Shown here piece after piece: positions 18,337-26,944 of a DNA stretch of 32,571 nucleotides; positions within the stretch are counted from its first letter, which is position 1; every line of letters begins with the position of its first letter. The notes beneath the pieces were generated by a model, which worked only from the letters and a program-made list of their open reading frames with translations, searched no databases and was not told the DNA's origin. Origin of the DNA: PVC group bacterium. Lineage in GTDB: Bacteria; Auribacterota; Erginobacteria; Erginobacterales; Erginobacteraceae. A program made the position numbers and the translations under genes. The stretch is from contig JAZDIV010000141.1 of NCBI GenBank assembly GCA_043804695.1, forward strand, positions 1-32,571, read 5' to 3'.

Positions 18337-18492
18337 GGATCAGATAATCAGAAGATCAGTGGGCAGAATACCAGGATATCAGAGGATCAGTCGGCGCGGC
18401 CGGCGGGCAGTTTTAACTTTAGGCACTTCAGGCACTTCTCCGCCGGAGGCGGATCAGCCTCTGGTTGAAAACATTAGGCACTTTAGGCACTT
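18337..18492. repeat. Composite junction: 8-bp ATCAG array, then a 9-bp TTAGGCACT array interrupted by a double-hairpin palindrome
   Basis: ggatcaga taatcaga agatcagt...; tttaggcacttcaggcactt [ctccgccggaggcggatcagcctctggttga] ttaggcactttaggcactt, then ATG. Confidence 0.85.
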
Positions 18493-19452
18493 ATGATGGT
18501 AGGTCCGAAAAAATACGGCACGGTCGGTGTTCTCCTGGGCGGGCCATCCGCGGAGAGGGCGATCTCGCTCAAGTCGGGGAAGGCAGTGGCCGCCGCGCTC
18601 CGGGGAGCGGGTTTAACCGTCATCGAGATCGGTGAAGATGAAGATATCGTCGCCGGGCTCGCGGCCCGCCCTCCCGATGTCGCCTTCATCGCCCTTCACG
18701 GCCGTTTCGGAGAAGACGGCCAGATCCAAAAGCTTCTGGAAGAACGGAACATCCCCTATACCGGGTCGGGGATCGAAGCCAGCCGCCTGGCGATGGACAA
18801 GGTCGCCTCCCGCGCCCGCTTTGCCGCGGCCGGGCTGGCCGCCCCGACCTTTCGAGCATATGGTCCCGGGGATGGCCCGTCCGCCGCGCCGTTCCCCTTC
18901 CCGGTGGTGGTCAAGCCGGCCCGGGAGGGCTCCAGCATCGGGCTGAGCCTGGCCAAGACGGCCCGGCAGTTCGTGAAGGCCGTCGCGTTCGCCCGGCGCT
19001 ATGACGAGGTCATCCTGGTGGAAAGATATATTCCGGGGAGAGAGATGACCGTCGGCATCCTTGATGACGAGCCCCTGCCGGTGGTGGAGATTATCCCGCA
19101 AAATCCCTTCTTTGACTACGATGCGAAGTATGTCAAGGGAAGATCACAGTTCGTGGTCCCCGCGGTCCTTCCGGCTCCCGTCTGCCGGGACATTCAGCGG
19201 GTCGGCCTGACGGCCCATCGGGCTCTGGGGTGTTATGCCTGTTCCCGGGCCGATGTCATACTCGGCCGGGATGGGACACCGTATATTTTAGAAATCAATT
19301 CCATACCGGGATTCACCGCCACCAGCCTTCTGCCCCAGGCCGCGGCCTCGGCCGGGATGGACTTCGCGGCGCTTTGCCGCCGTCTCCTGGACCTGGCCCT
19401 GACCCGGAAGAACTATCGGAGATCGGGATCAACAAAAGGAGGAGTTTCATGA
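18493..19452 (+). CDS. ddl: D-alanine--D-alanine ligase
   Basis: GG.SAER.ISL.SG, LHG.FGEDG, VVKP.REGSS.G, YDAKY (Tyr, D-Ala-D-Ala type) and LEINSIPG motifs. Confidence 0.97.
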   Translation: MMVGPKKYGTVGVLLGGPSAERAISLKSGKAVAAALRGAGLTVIEIGEDEDIVAGLAARPPDVAFIALHGRFGEDGQIQKLLEERNIPYTGSGIEASRLAMDKVASRARFAAAGLAAPTFRAYGPGDGPSAAPFPFPVVVKPAREGSSIGLSLAKTARQFVKAVAFARRYDEVILVERYIPGREMTVGILDDEPLPVVEIIPQNPFFDYDAKYVKGRSQFVVPAVLPAPVCRDIQRVGLTAHRALGCYACSRADVILGRDGTPYILEINSIPGFTATSLLPQAAASAGMDFAALCRRLLDLALTRKNYRRSGSTKGGVS

Positions 19453-20285
19453 AATGGCTTTCATTGAGCAGCAAGCTCAGCCGCCCCCGCTCGAATGTGA
19501 AGATGAACGCGGCGGTCAAGCGGCGGAAAAAGAAAAACTCCGCTCCCGCCGGTTCCCGGCCCGGCGGGGGGCGGAGGGCGGGGAGTGTCATCCTGTTCAT
19601 CCTCTTTCTCGCCGCCCTGGGCGGGGGAGGGTGGTGGCTGATGCGGAGCTCGAAAATGTTTATCGTCAGGGAGATCCGGATCCGCAACAACCATGCCTAT
19701 ACCGAGCAAGAGATAATGGAGATGACCGGTCTGGAGACGGGGGGAAACATTTTTTCCCTGGATCCCGCCGCCGCCCGGGACAACCTCCTTCATAATAGTG
19801 ATTTCCGCGACGCCCGCGTGGAACGCATTTTCCCGGACCTGGTCCAGGTCGATGTCGTGGAGCGCGAGCCCCGCGCCCGGGTGCATTTCGGGCAGCTCTA
19901 TACGATCGACGACAGGGGGGTTGTTCTCGGCCCCCGCAAATCGGCTCCGGAGGCCCGGCTCCCGATCATCCGCGGGCTGAAGGTGGTCAATAACAGCCGG
20001 GATCTGTCCCCGCCCGACAAGAAGGACGCCTGTCTGCGCCTCCTGCGAGAACTGGAGGAGCAGGGCATCGGGTCTTTGGTCAGGATCGATGAAATCAGGA
20101 TCTTCTCCTCTGACCTGATCGAGATGAAAACGGAAGGGGAGATGGAGATCACCCTCGGCCAGGAGGATTACGGCGAGCAGCTGATGCGTCTGAAGACGGT
20201 GCTCAACAAGCTGGGATCGGATCTGGACCGGGCCCGGGAGGTGGATCTCCGATACTCCCGGATCCCGGTGGTCTTCGATGATTGA
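19449..20285 (+). CDS. ftsQ: Cell division protein FtsQ/DivIB
   Basis: AAGGAGG RBS, ATG overlapping the ddl stop, basic N-tail, one TM helix, POTRA domain (V.R.FPD...V.ER.P) and C-terminal VDLRY. Confidence 0.92.
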   Translation: MKWLSLSSKLSRPRSNVKMNAAVKRRKKKNSAPAGSRPGGGRRAGSVILFILFLAALGGGGWWLMRSSKMFIVREIRIRNNHAYTEQEIMEMTGLETGGNIFSLDPAAARDNLLHNSDFRDARVERIFPDLVQVDVVEREPRARVHFGQLYTIDDRGVVLGPRKSAPEARLPIIRGLKVVNNSRDLSPPDKKDACLRLLRELEEQGIGSLVRIDEIRIFSSDLIEMKTEGEMEITLGQEDYGEQLMRLKTVLNKLGSDLDRAREVDLRYSRIPVVFDD

Positions 20286-20287
20286 AA

Positions 20288-20353
20288 TCTTATTTTTCCT
20301 CCGGAAAAATAAGAGTGAATTAATTAAATTAACGACCGTAGGGCGTTAATTTA
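20288..20353. repeat. Two hairpins filling the ftsQ-ftsA junction
   Basis: TCTTATTTTTCC-tcc-GGAAAAATAAGA (20288-20314) and TAAATTAACG-accgtaggg-CGTTAATTTA (20325-20353). Confidence 0.85.
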
Positions 20354-20358
20354 TAAGA

Positions 20359-21585
20359 ATGAGTAAGCACCGCGACATCATCGCCGCCCTCGATGTGGGA
20401 ACGACCAAGATCTGCCTTCTGGTGGCCGAGCGGGTCGAAAACGGAGATATTCGCATTCTGAGCGCGGGAACCCAGCCGTCCCGCGGTTTGCGCAAGGGCG
20501 AGGTGATCAATGTTGCCCAGACCGTGGACTCGATCGAGAAGACCTTTTCCCAGGTGGAGAACATCTGCGAGGTCGAGATCAGTTCCGTCTTCGCCGGAAT
20601 TACGGGAAGCCATATCCAGAGTTACAACAGCCGGGCGGTTTTGCCGGTCGCCAACCCGGCGGTCGGAGTGACGGAAAAAGACATGCTCAACGCGATCGAG
20701 GCCGCCCGCTCCGTCGCGCTCCCCCGGGAATGCGAGATTTTGCATACCATCCCGCAGGAGTTCTCGGTTGATGACCGGGAGGGGATCGCCGACCCCGAAG
20801 GGATGCAGGGGACCCGGCTGGAGGCCCGGGTCCACCTGGTGACCGGCCGGACGGCCGCGATCCGGGACATCGCAAACTGCATCAACCAGGCCGGTCTCGC
20901 CGTCGCTGAAGTCGTCCTCCAGCATCTGGCCTCCAGCCTGGCGGTGGTGAGGAAGGAGGAACAGCAGTCCGGGGTGGTGCTGGTCGACATCGGCGGCGGG
21001 ACCACGGATTATGTTTTTCTCCGGGATGAGACTGTCTGGCACACGGGGGTCTTGTCCGTGGGCGGCGATCACGTCACCAATGATATCAGCCTGGGGATGA
21101 AGCTTCTCCTCCGCCAGGCCGAGGAACTGAAAAAGAAATACGGTTCCGCCCTTCACGATCGGGTGAAAGATGACGCCGGTCTCTTCCTGCCGGAGGCCCT
21201 GGTCCGGTCCGTTGACGGCCTTTCCCGCAGGAAGCTCTGCCAGATCATCGAGCTGCGGCTGGTTGAGCTTTTCCGGTTGATCCGCCGGGATCTGGAAAAA
21301 GCAGGTCATTTTCAGTCCATCGGTTCGGGTCTGGTGCTGACCGGGGGGAGTGCCCTGCTGAAGAATATCGCCGACCTGGCCGAGCGGGAAACCGGTTTGC
21401 CGGTCAGGATCGGTACCCCGGCCGGCGTCTCGGGCCTGCGGGAAGTGATCGACAGCCCGGTCTATTCCACCGCCGTCGGGCTGATCAAATACGGCTTCCG
21501 GCCGGAGCGTCCCCGGCCGGCCGGGGACGCCTCTCCGGTGAAGTTCATCGGCGGATTGAAACGCTGGCTGGGACGGTATTTTTAA
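20359..21585 (+). CDS. ftsA: Cell division protein FtsA
   Basis: ALDVGTTKI, VDIGGGTT, GGDHVT.DI, VLTGG.A.L and P.YSTAVGL motifs; C-terminal amphipathic helix LKRWLGRYF. Confidence 0.97.
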   Translation: MSKHRDIIAALDVGTTKICLLVAERVENGDIRILSAGTQPSRGLRKGEVINVAQTVDSIEKTFSQVENICEVEISSVFAGITGSHIQSYNSRAVLPVANPAVGVTEKDMLNAIEAARSVALPRECEILHTIPQEFSVDDREGIADPEGMQGTRLEARVHLVTGRTAAIRDIANCINQAGLAVAEVVLQHLASSLAVVRKEEQQSGVVLVDIGGGTTDYVFLRDETVWHTGVLSVGGDHVTNDISLGMKLLLRQAEELKKKYGSALHDRVKDDAGLFLPEALVRSVDGLSRRKLCQIIELRLVELFRLIRRDLEKAGHFQSIGSGLVLTGGSALLKNIADLAERETGLPVRIGTPAGVSGLREVIDSPVYSTAVGLIKYGFRPERPRPAGDASPVKFIGGLKRWLGRYF

Positions 21586-21588
21586 TCT

Positions 21589-21753
21589 ACTGCGTTGGAA
21601 TTTCAATAATTATTAGCCACCAAGACACAAAGACACCAAGAAAAAAAAGGGTAAAATATTCACCTTATTCGATTTTCCTTAGTGCCTTGGTGTCTTGATG
21701 GCGGAAAGGTGCGCCGAAGGCGCTAATTTATCATATTTTTCCTCAGGAAAAAT
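21589..21753. repeat. Composite junction: left-end motif, inverted 9-bp arrays, half hairpin, TTTTTCC/GGAAAAA hairpin
   Basis: actgcgttggaatttcaataat; gccaccaagacacaaagacaccaag ... cttagtgccttggtgtcttgatggc (21/25 inverted match); gcgcc-gaa-ggcgctaatttat; atttttcc-tca-ggaaaaat. Confidence 0.85.
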
Positions 21754-21768
21754 TGGCGGAGAAGACAC

Positions 21769-22899
21769 ATGAGCAAGGGAAAAACTGAAAAGAAAATTTC
21801 CCTCTGGGGGGTCGGCCACTGGGGCGTGCGGGTGGCCGGGTCGATGCCGGATGAGTATCGTCGCCGGCTGAAAATCGTGGCGGTCGATTCGGATGTCCAG
21901 TCCCTGATCTGTTCGCCGGTCGCTGACAAGCTAACCCTCGGATGGGAGGAAGCCGCCGGGCGGTCCGCCGGCGGTGATGGCGGCAAGGGCGAAGAAGCAT
22001 TCCGGGAGAGTGCGTCGGCCATCAAGGAGAAACTGGCTGATTGCCGGGTGGCCCTGATCGTCGGCGGACTGGGAGGGGGAACGGGGAGCAGCCTGATCCC
22101 GGCGCTCTGCGGCACCGCGCGCGGTTTGAAGATTCTGACCCTGGCCCTGGTGACGCGCCCGTTTGCCTTTGAGGGGAAAAAGAAGAACCTGCTCTTCCAG
22201 CGGGCGCGGGAGGGGATTGAAAAAAGCGGGGCGGGCCTGGCCTGTTTTTCCCTGGATCGCCTGGTCGGCAAGGCTGAAGACGATACCCCTCACGACGAGG
22301 TTTTCCAACGCTGCGACCGGATATTGCAGGAAGCGGTCGAGTGCGTGATCGACTGCCTGTCGCCATCCCCCGGGTCGGGATGCGACGGCGCCGCGCTGGA
22401 AAATATTTTGACCGCGCCCGGAGAAACCGTGATGGGCGCGTATGAGACGGCGAAGCCGGAGAATCTGGTGGCGGCGGCGAAGGGCGCGTTCTCGGCGCTT
22501 TCTCTCCGACCCGCCGAACTGGGCCGGGCGCGGGGATTCTTGATTCAGATTGAGGCTGCCGGGCCGATTCCCTTCCGCCATGTCGAGCAGGCGGTCGGAG
22601 CGGTCTCCGGGCGGCTGGCCGAGGACGCGGACCTCCTCTACGCCGTCACCCGAAAAAAGGAAGCGGGGGACAAGATCATCGTCCGCATCATCGCCTTCGG
22701 GATTCCGGAGAGGGGAGGGGAGAAGATCGCGTCCGCGATCCCGGTCACCATGACGACCGACGTCCGCCCGGCTGTTCAGACGGAGATCGACTTCAAGAAG
22801 CTGACCCGGGGGGTGTTTGCCGACACCGGCCCCACGCTTCTCGACGGGGAGGACCTGGACATCCCGACATTCGTCAGGAAAGGGGTCGAGCTGGAATAA
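21769..22899 (+). CDS. ftsZ: Divergent cell division protein FtsZ
   Basis: GLGGGTGS tubulin signature, VTRPF.FEG, C-terminal GEDLDIPTFVR, position after ftsA. The T1 and T7 loops are non-canonical. Confidence 0.9.
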   Translation: MSKGKTEKKISLWGVGHWGVRVAGSMPDEYRRRLKIVAVDSDVQSLICSPVADKLTLGWEEAAGRSAGGDGGKGEEAFRESASAIKEKLADCRVALIVGGLGGGTGSSLIPALCGTARGLKILTLALVTRPFAFEGKKKNLLFQRAREGIEKSGAGLACFSLDRLVGKAEDDTPHDEVFQRCDRILQEAVECVIDCLSPSPGSGCDGAALENILTAPGETVMGAYETAKPENLVAAAKGAFSALSLRPAELGRARGFLIQIEAAGPIPFRHVEQAVGAVSGRLAEDADLLYAVTRKKEAGDKIIVRIIAFGIPERGGEKIASAIPVTMTTDVRPAVQTEIDFKKLTRGVFADTGPTLLDGEDLDIPTFVRKGVELE

Positions 22900-22901
22900 T
22901 T

Positions 22902-23125
22902 TCCTATTTCGGAATGTCAATAATCGGGAAATCCGATTATTGACATTCCGAAATAGGAGAAAAAGCAACTAAAGTAAAAAAATATTAGCTCTGGCTTTAT
23001 TATAGTAAGGGCTTACCGTTACGGACTGATCAGTTGGACGTGAACTGATCCTATGGTTGTTATCAATCAATTTTATATTCTAAAAAATGAAATTTTTCTA
23101 AATTAGCGCCGGAGGCGCTAATTTA
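22902..23125 (+). mobile_element. ~225-bp MITE-like element, copy 1
   Basis: Perfect 26-bp inverted repeat (22902-22958), AT-rich core, and terminal hairpin TAAATTAGCGCC-GGA-GGCGCTAATTTA; homologous to 28041-28270. Mobility is inferred. Confidence 0.6.
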
Positions 23126-23847
23126 TGATTTTTTTCATCAGGATCGCCAAGTTACTGCTGGGGCTCTTCCTCATCCCCGCCTGCGTGTCGGCCACGGTGG
23201 TCTTCGGCCGGGAGATCTTCCCGTCCCTGAAGACCGAGATCTGGTTCTTCGCCGGGCTCTTCAGTTACCTGCTGCTGCTGGCCGTTTTCCAGCAGCCGAT
23301 CCGGACCTATATTTTCGGGCACGAACTGACCCACGTTCTCTGGGTCTGGCTCTTCGGCGGACGGGTCAAGGGCTTCCGGGCGGCGGCAACGGGCGGGGAA
23401 GTCCGCACGTCCAAATCGAATTTTCTCATCTTTCTGGCCCCGTATTTTTTCCCCCTCTACAGCGCGCTGGCCATCGCCGGCTACGGTCTCCTGACCGTTT
23501 TTTTCCAGCTGCCGCCGGTCGCGATGCGGATTCTCAGTTACCTGCTTGGTTTTACCTGGGCGTTTCACTTCACCTTGACCCTGTACGTGCTCATTCAGGG
23601 ACAGCCGGATGTTTGGGCCGCCGGCCGGATTTTTTCCTTCCCTTTTATATATCTCGTGAATGTGGTGGTCCTGGCATCGCTGATTATCTTCGTCACGCCC
23701 CGTCTCTCCTCCGGGACATACTTCTCCCGCCTCTGGGAAAAAGCGTGTCTCGACTACCGGTATCTCTGGACGGCCGGCCCCGGGATCTGCGAGGAGAACT
23801 ACCGCGCCTGCCGGGATAAAGTAGCCGCCCTCGTTGCCGGAAGGTGA
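23125..23847 (+). CDS. Membrane protein with HExxH motif (M50/M50B-like metallopeptidase)
   Basis: Several TM segments; FGHELTH...LFGG.V..F...GGEV...LAPYFFP pattern. Confidence 0.7.
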   Translation: MIFFIRIAKLLLGLFLIPACVSATVVFGREIFPSLKTEIWFFAGLFSYLLLLAVFQQPIRTYIFGHELTHVLWVWLFGGRVKGFRAAATGGEVRTSKSNFLIFLAPYFFPLYSALAIAGYGLLTVFFQLPPVAMRILSYLLGFTWAFHFTLTLYVLIQGQPDVWAAGRIFSFPFIYLVNVVVLASLIIFVTPRLSSGTYFSRLWEKACLDYRYLWTAGPGICEENYRACRDKVAALVAGR

Positions 23848-23986
23848 GCAAAAGCGCCTTCCCGGTTGCCGTCTTTGAACAGTCCCCCCGAAGAGCGGAA
23901 TATCTCTCCTTCCGGGCGCCCGCCGGCCGGGGATACCGGGCAGAAGGGGTGCCGGGCGGGAGGAGAATGCCCGGTGAAGTAAAGTC

Positions 23987-24016
23987 TTGAAATTTTCCCG
24001 GCCGGTCGGGTATCAT
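23987..24016 (+). promoter_or_regulatory. Candidate sigma70 promoter
   Basis: TTGAAA, 18-bp spacer, TATCAT, upstream of the GGAGG RBS and ATG 24069. Confidence 0.4.
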
Positions 24017-24068
24017 ACCATTAAGCAGTTCTTGGAAAAAAATATCAATCGGAGGAGACAGAATCGCC

Positions 24069-24641
24069 ATGAAGAAAAAAGTGACGGCCGGCGCGGTGCT
24101 TTTCCTGGGGGTTGTCTTCATTCTGGCTGTTCCCGCCCGGGGGAGAGATCTCTTTAACATCCTGCGAGTCCGGACCATACCCAACCCGGTGATCGGTGTT
24201 TTTCCGGGAGACGAGGCGCTGGAGGTCACCTTCACGCTTCGCTCTGAACGATGGATCCCGGCGGGGTGGAGCCTCCGGTATTATGATGATTCCCGACGGT
24301 GGCTGGGCACCCAGACCACGGCCTATTTCAGTTCCTCGCAGAACAACCCCTATCTCGTCAGCAAGGGCAGGCTTAAAGGGGGAAATGTCTATGTCGCCCT
24401 CTTCCCGCTCCGTGCGGATGCTCCCTACCTGGTCGTGGCCCTGGGCGACGGATTGGAACAGAAGGCGATTCTCTTTCCGTACACCGATCTCCTTCAGGAT
24501 TTTTCCGTGCCGGTAAAAAGGCTGAACGATGAGATTTCCCGCTCGGACTATGTGTTTATTGAAAAGGAAGAGGATGAAGTGGACATACTGATTGTCAGCG
24601 AGCAATCGCCCGCCGGAATGGCAGGCAAGACCGGGGAATAG
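24069..24641 (+). CDS. Hypothetical secreted protein (190 aa)
   Basis: GGAGG RBS and a typical signal peptide (MKKKVTAGAVLFLGVVFILAVPARG). Confidence 0.75.
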   Translation: MKKKVTAGAVLFLGVVFILAVPARGRDLFNILRVRTIPNPVIGVFPGDEALEVTFTLRSERWIPAGWSLRYYDDSRRWLGTQTTAYFSSSQNNPYLVSKGRLKGGNVYVALFPLRADAPYLVVALGDGLEQKAILFPYTDLLQDFSVPVKRLNDEISRSDYVFIEKEEDEVDILIVSEQSPAGMAGKTGE

Positions 24642-24719
24642 GGGCTGAACTTCAGCGAAAAGGTTGCTGCCCGGGCTTGTTTCCGGTCTCCTCGGGACTA
24701 TACGTTTTACGGCTATTAA

Positions 24720-24887
24720 AGGGGGCGAGGTAGGGAGAAAAAACTGAACGTCCAACGCCGAACGTTCAACGTCGAACATCGAACGTCACCGGGGCGCGGG
24801 ACTAATTTTCTTTCTCTGTGTTCTCCGTGGTTCAAAGAGGGGGCGAGGTAGAGGGAACTCTTGCGTATTTTGCGCTTTTTTGCGGCT
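24720..24887. repeat. Stacked 7-bp and 9-bp arrays bracketed by a 14-bp direct repeat
   Basis: AGGGGGCGAGGTAG at 24720 and 24838; (SAACGTC)x6 at 24746-24787; ctctgtgttctccgtggttc; ttgcgtattttgcgcttttttgcggct. Confidence 0.85.
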
Positions 24888-24893
24888 GCTGCC

Positions 24894-26738
24894 ATGATGG
24901 CTTTTATCGAGGCAATCAAAGAGCGGATCCTGATCGGCGACGGCGCCATGGGGACGCTGCTCCTCTCTAAGGGGATACGCCCCCAGCAGAGTTTCGAATC
25001 CCTCTGCCTGACCGAGCCGGCGGAGATAAAAGCGGTCCATCAGGAGTATATCGCCGCCGGGGCCGACCTGATTGAGACCAACACCTTCGGGGCCAACCGA
25101 TTCCGTCTGCGACCCGCGGGGTATGAACGGCAGGCGGCGCGGATCAATCAGGCGGCCGCGGCCCTGGCCCGGGACGCCGCCGGTGATGCTGTTTTCGTGG
25201 CTGGAGCGGTGGGAATGATCCCCACGCCGGACCGCGAGGCGGCCGGTCAGCGGCCTTCCGAGGGAGGGGAACTCTTCGAGGCCTATCGGGAGCAGATCGC
25301 GGCTCTCGCCGGAGGCGGCGTCGACCTCATCCTCCTGGAGACATTTGAAGAGTGGGAGAATCTCGATCTCGCCATCCGGGCCGCCCGGGAGGTTACCGAT
25401 CTCCCCGTCATCGCCCAGATGGCCTTATCCAACCGCGGCCTCTGCATCTTCGGCCGCATCGCGGAGATCTACTGCCGGCAGGCGCTCGCTGCCGGGGCGT
25501 CTGTCTTCGGGAGCAACTGCGGCGGGGGCTTTTCCTCGGTCCGGGAGGTCCTGAAAGGCGCGGCGGGCGTTGAAGGAGCTCTGCTGTCCGCTTTCCCCAA
25601 CGCCGGTATCCCGCAGATGATCCAGGGAAGGATCATTTATCCGGCTGCTCCGGAGTATTTCGCCGAAAAATGTCTGGAGCTTCTCCCGCTCGGCGTCCGT
25701 CTGATCGGCGGCTGCTGCGGGACCACCCCCCGGCACATCCGTGCTCTCCGCCAGGCGCTGGGCCGGCTCTCCGCCGAACCGGCGGCCCGCCGGGTTGCCC
25801 CGCCGCCCCGGATTGCCGTCGTTCCCCGATCGGAAAAGTCCGTGGAGGGAGGTTTTCTCTCCAGCCTCCGGCGGGACCGGCTCCCGATCATTGTCGAGAT
25901 CGACCCCCCCGCTTCCCCCGACCTGGAGAGGGTGGTCCAGGGCGCCCTGGCGGTCAAAAACGCCGGCGCCGACGCGGTCTCGATGGCGGACAATCCTCTG
26001 GCCGCCCTCAGGGTCAGCTCGATCTGCGCCGGGGGGGTTGTCCGGCGCCGAGCGGGCATCCAGGTCATCCCCCACCTGACCACCCGGGATCATAATATCC
26101 TCGGCCTCCAGTCCATCCTCCTGGGGGCCCAGGTGGAGGGACTGGAGGCCGTCCTGGCCGTTACCGGCGATCCGGCCGGGAAGAGCGACCAGCCCGGGAA
26201 CCGGGGGATATTCACCATCAACAGCATCCACCTGGTGGGCTTGATCGATCAGCTGAACCGGGGCCACATGCTCTCGGGCAAAACAATCGCCCATCCGACC
26301 AGCCTCTCGATCGGGGTCGCCTTTAACGCCAACGCCCCCAACCTGGAGGCGGAAGTGCTCAAGCTCCGCAGGAAGGTCGACAGCGGCGCCCGCTTTGCGC
26401 TGACCCAGCCCGTCTTTACCGCCGATCTGGTCCGGAAAGTCCTGGCGGCCTGTTCCGGCATCGACATCAAGATCTTCGTCGGGATCTATCCCCTCCTCTC
26501 GCTCCGGAACGCCGAGTTCATGGAGAACGAGGTCCCCGGGATCGCCATCCCCCGGGCGGTGAAAGAGAGGATCGCCGGCGCCGGGGACGGCCCCGCCCAG
26601 CGCCGGGCCGGCCTGGAGCTCGCCGCCGGTCTGATCGATGAGATCAGGCCGAAGATCGACGGGCTTTATATCATCAGCCCCCTCAATAAATGGGCCGTCC
26701 CTCTCGAGCTGGTTCGGCGCGTGCGCTCGCAGGAATAG
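24894..26738 (+). CDS. Bifunctional homocysteine S-methyltransferase / methylenetetrahydrofolate reductase (YitJ-like)
   Basis: DGAMGT, AGAD.IETNTFGAN, G.NC, PNAG.P and IGGCCGTTP in the HMT domain; VEIDPP, AD.P.A, H.T.RD.N, AVTGDP, TQPVF and NEVPGI in the MTHFR domain. Confidence 0.93.
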   Translation: MMAFIEAIKERILIGDGAMGTLLLSKGIRPQQSFESLCLTEPAEIKAVHQEYIAAGADLIETNTFGANRFRLRPAGYERQAARINQAAAALARDAAGDAVFVAGAVGMIPTPDREAAGQRPSEGGELFEAYREQIAALAGGGVDLILLETFEEWENLDLAIRAAREVTDLPVIAQMALSNRGLCIFGRIAEIYCRQALAAGASVFGSNCGGGFSSVREVLKGAAGVEGALLSAFPNAGIPQMIQGRIIYPAAPEYFAEKCLELLPLGVRLIGGCCGTTPRHIRALRQALGRLSAEPAARRVAPPPRIAVVPRSEKSVEGGFLSSLRRDRLPIIVEIDPPASPDLERVVQGALAVKNAGADAVSMADNPLAALRVSSICAGGVVRRRAGIQVIPHLTTRDHNILGLQSILLGAQVEGLEAVLAVTGDPAGKSDQPGNRGIFTINSIHLVGLIDQLNRGHMLSGKTIAHPTSLSIGVAFNANAPNLEAEVLKLRRKVDSGARFALTQPVFTADLVRKVLAACSGIDIKIFVGIYPLLSLRNAEFMENEVPGIAIPRAVKERIAGAGDGPAQRRAGLELAAGLIDEIRPKIDGLYIISPLNKWAVPLELVRRVRSQE

Positions 26739-26818
26739 AAGCCCTTCCCGTTCCGGGCATTCCTGCCCGCCGATTGCCGCCGCCGCATTCCTTCTTGATG
26801 CGGGACGTATGCACAATC

Positions 26819-26889
26819 AGCCGATTTCCGCCTGCCGGCAGGTGGAAATCGGTTAAAATTCTTGACTGAGCATCTCAGCATAGTAGAAT
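26819..26889 (+). promoter_or_regulatory. Long hairpin (CCTGCCGGCAGG core) followed by a candidate gap promoter
   Basis: ccgatttccgcctgccggcaggtggaaatcgg; TTGACT (26862), 16-bp spacer, TAGAAT (26884). Confidence 0.5.
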
Positions 26890-26944
26890 TCGCCCCAATC
26901 AGGAACCGCGCCCCACCGGGCACACGAATTAACCGGAGGATATC

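Noticed and set aside
19230..19448. Long N-terminal extension of FtsQ in the ORF track
   Set aside because: It overlaps ddl; the strong RBS and ATGA coupling place the start at 19449.
24861..24893. TTG start for the methyltransferase fusion
   Set aside because: The extension is the translated nonamer repeat; family-like sequence begins at ATG 24894 or 24897.
24642..24893. SAM or other riboswitch ahead of the methionine-cycle gene
   Set aside because: No SAM-I, SAH or cobalamin consensus was recognisable by eye; the region is accounted for by repeat modules.
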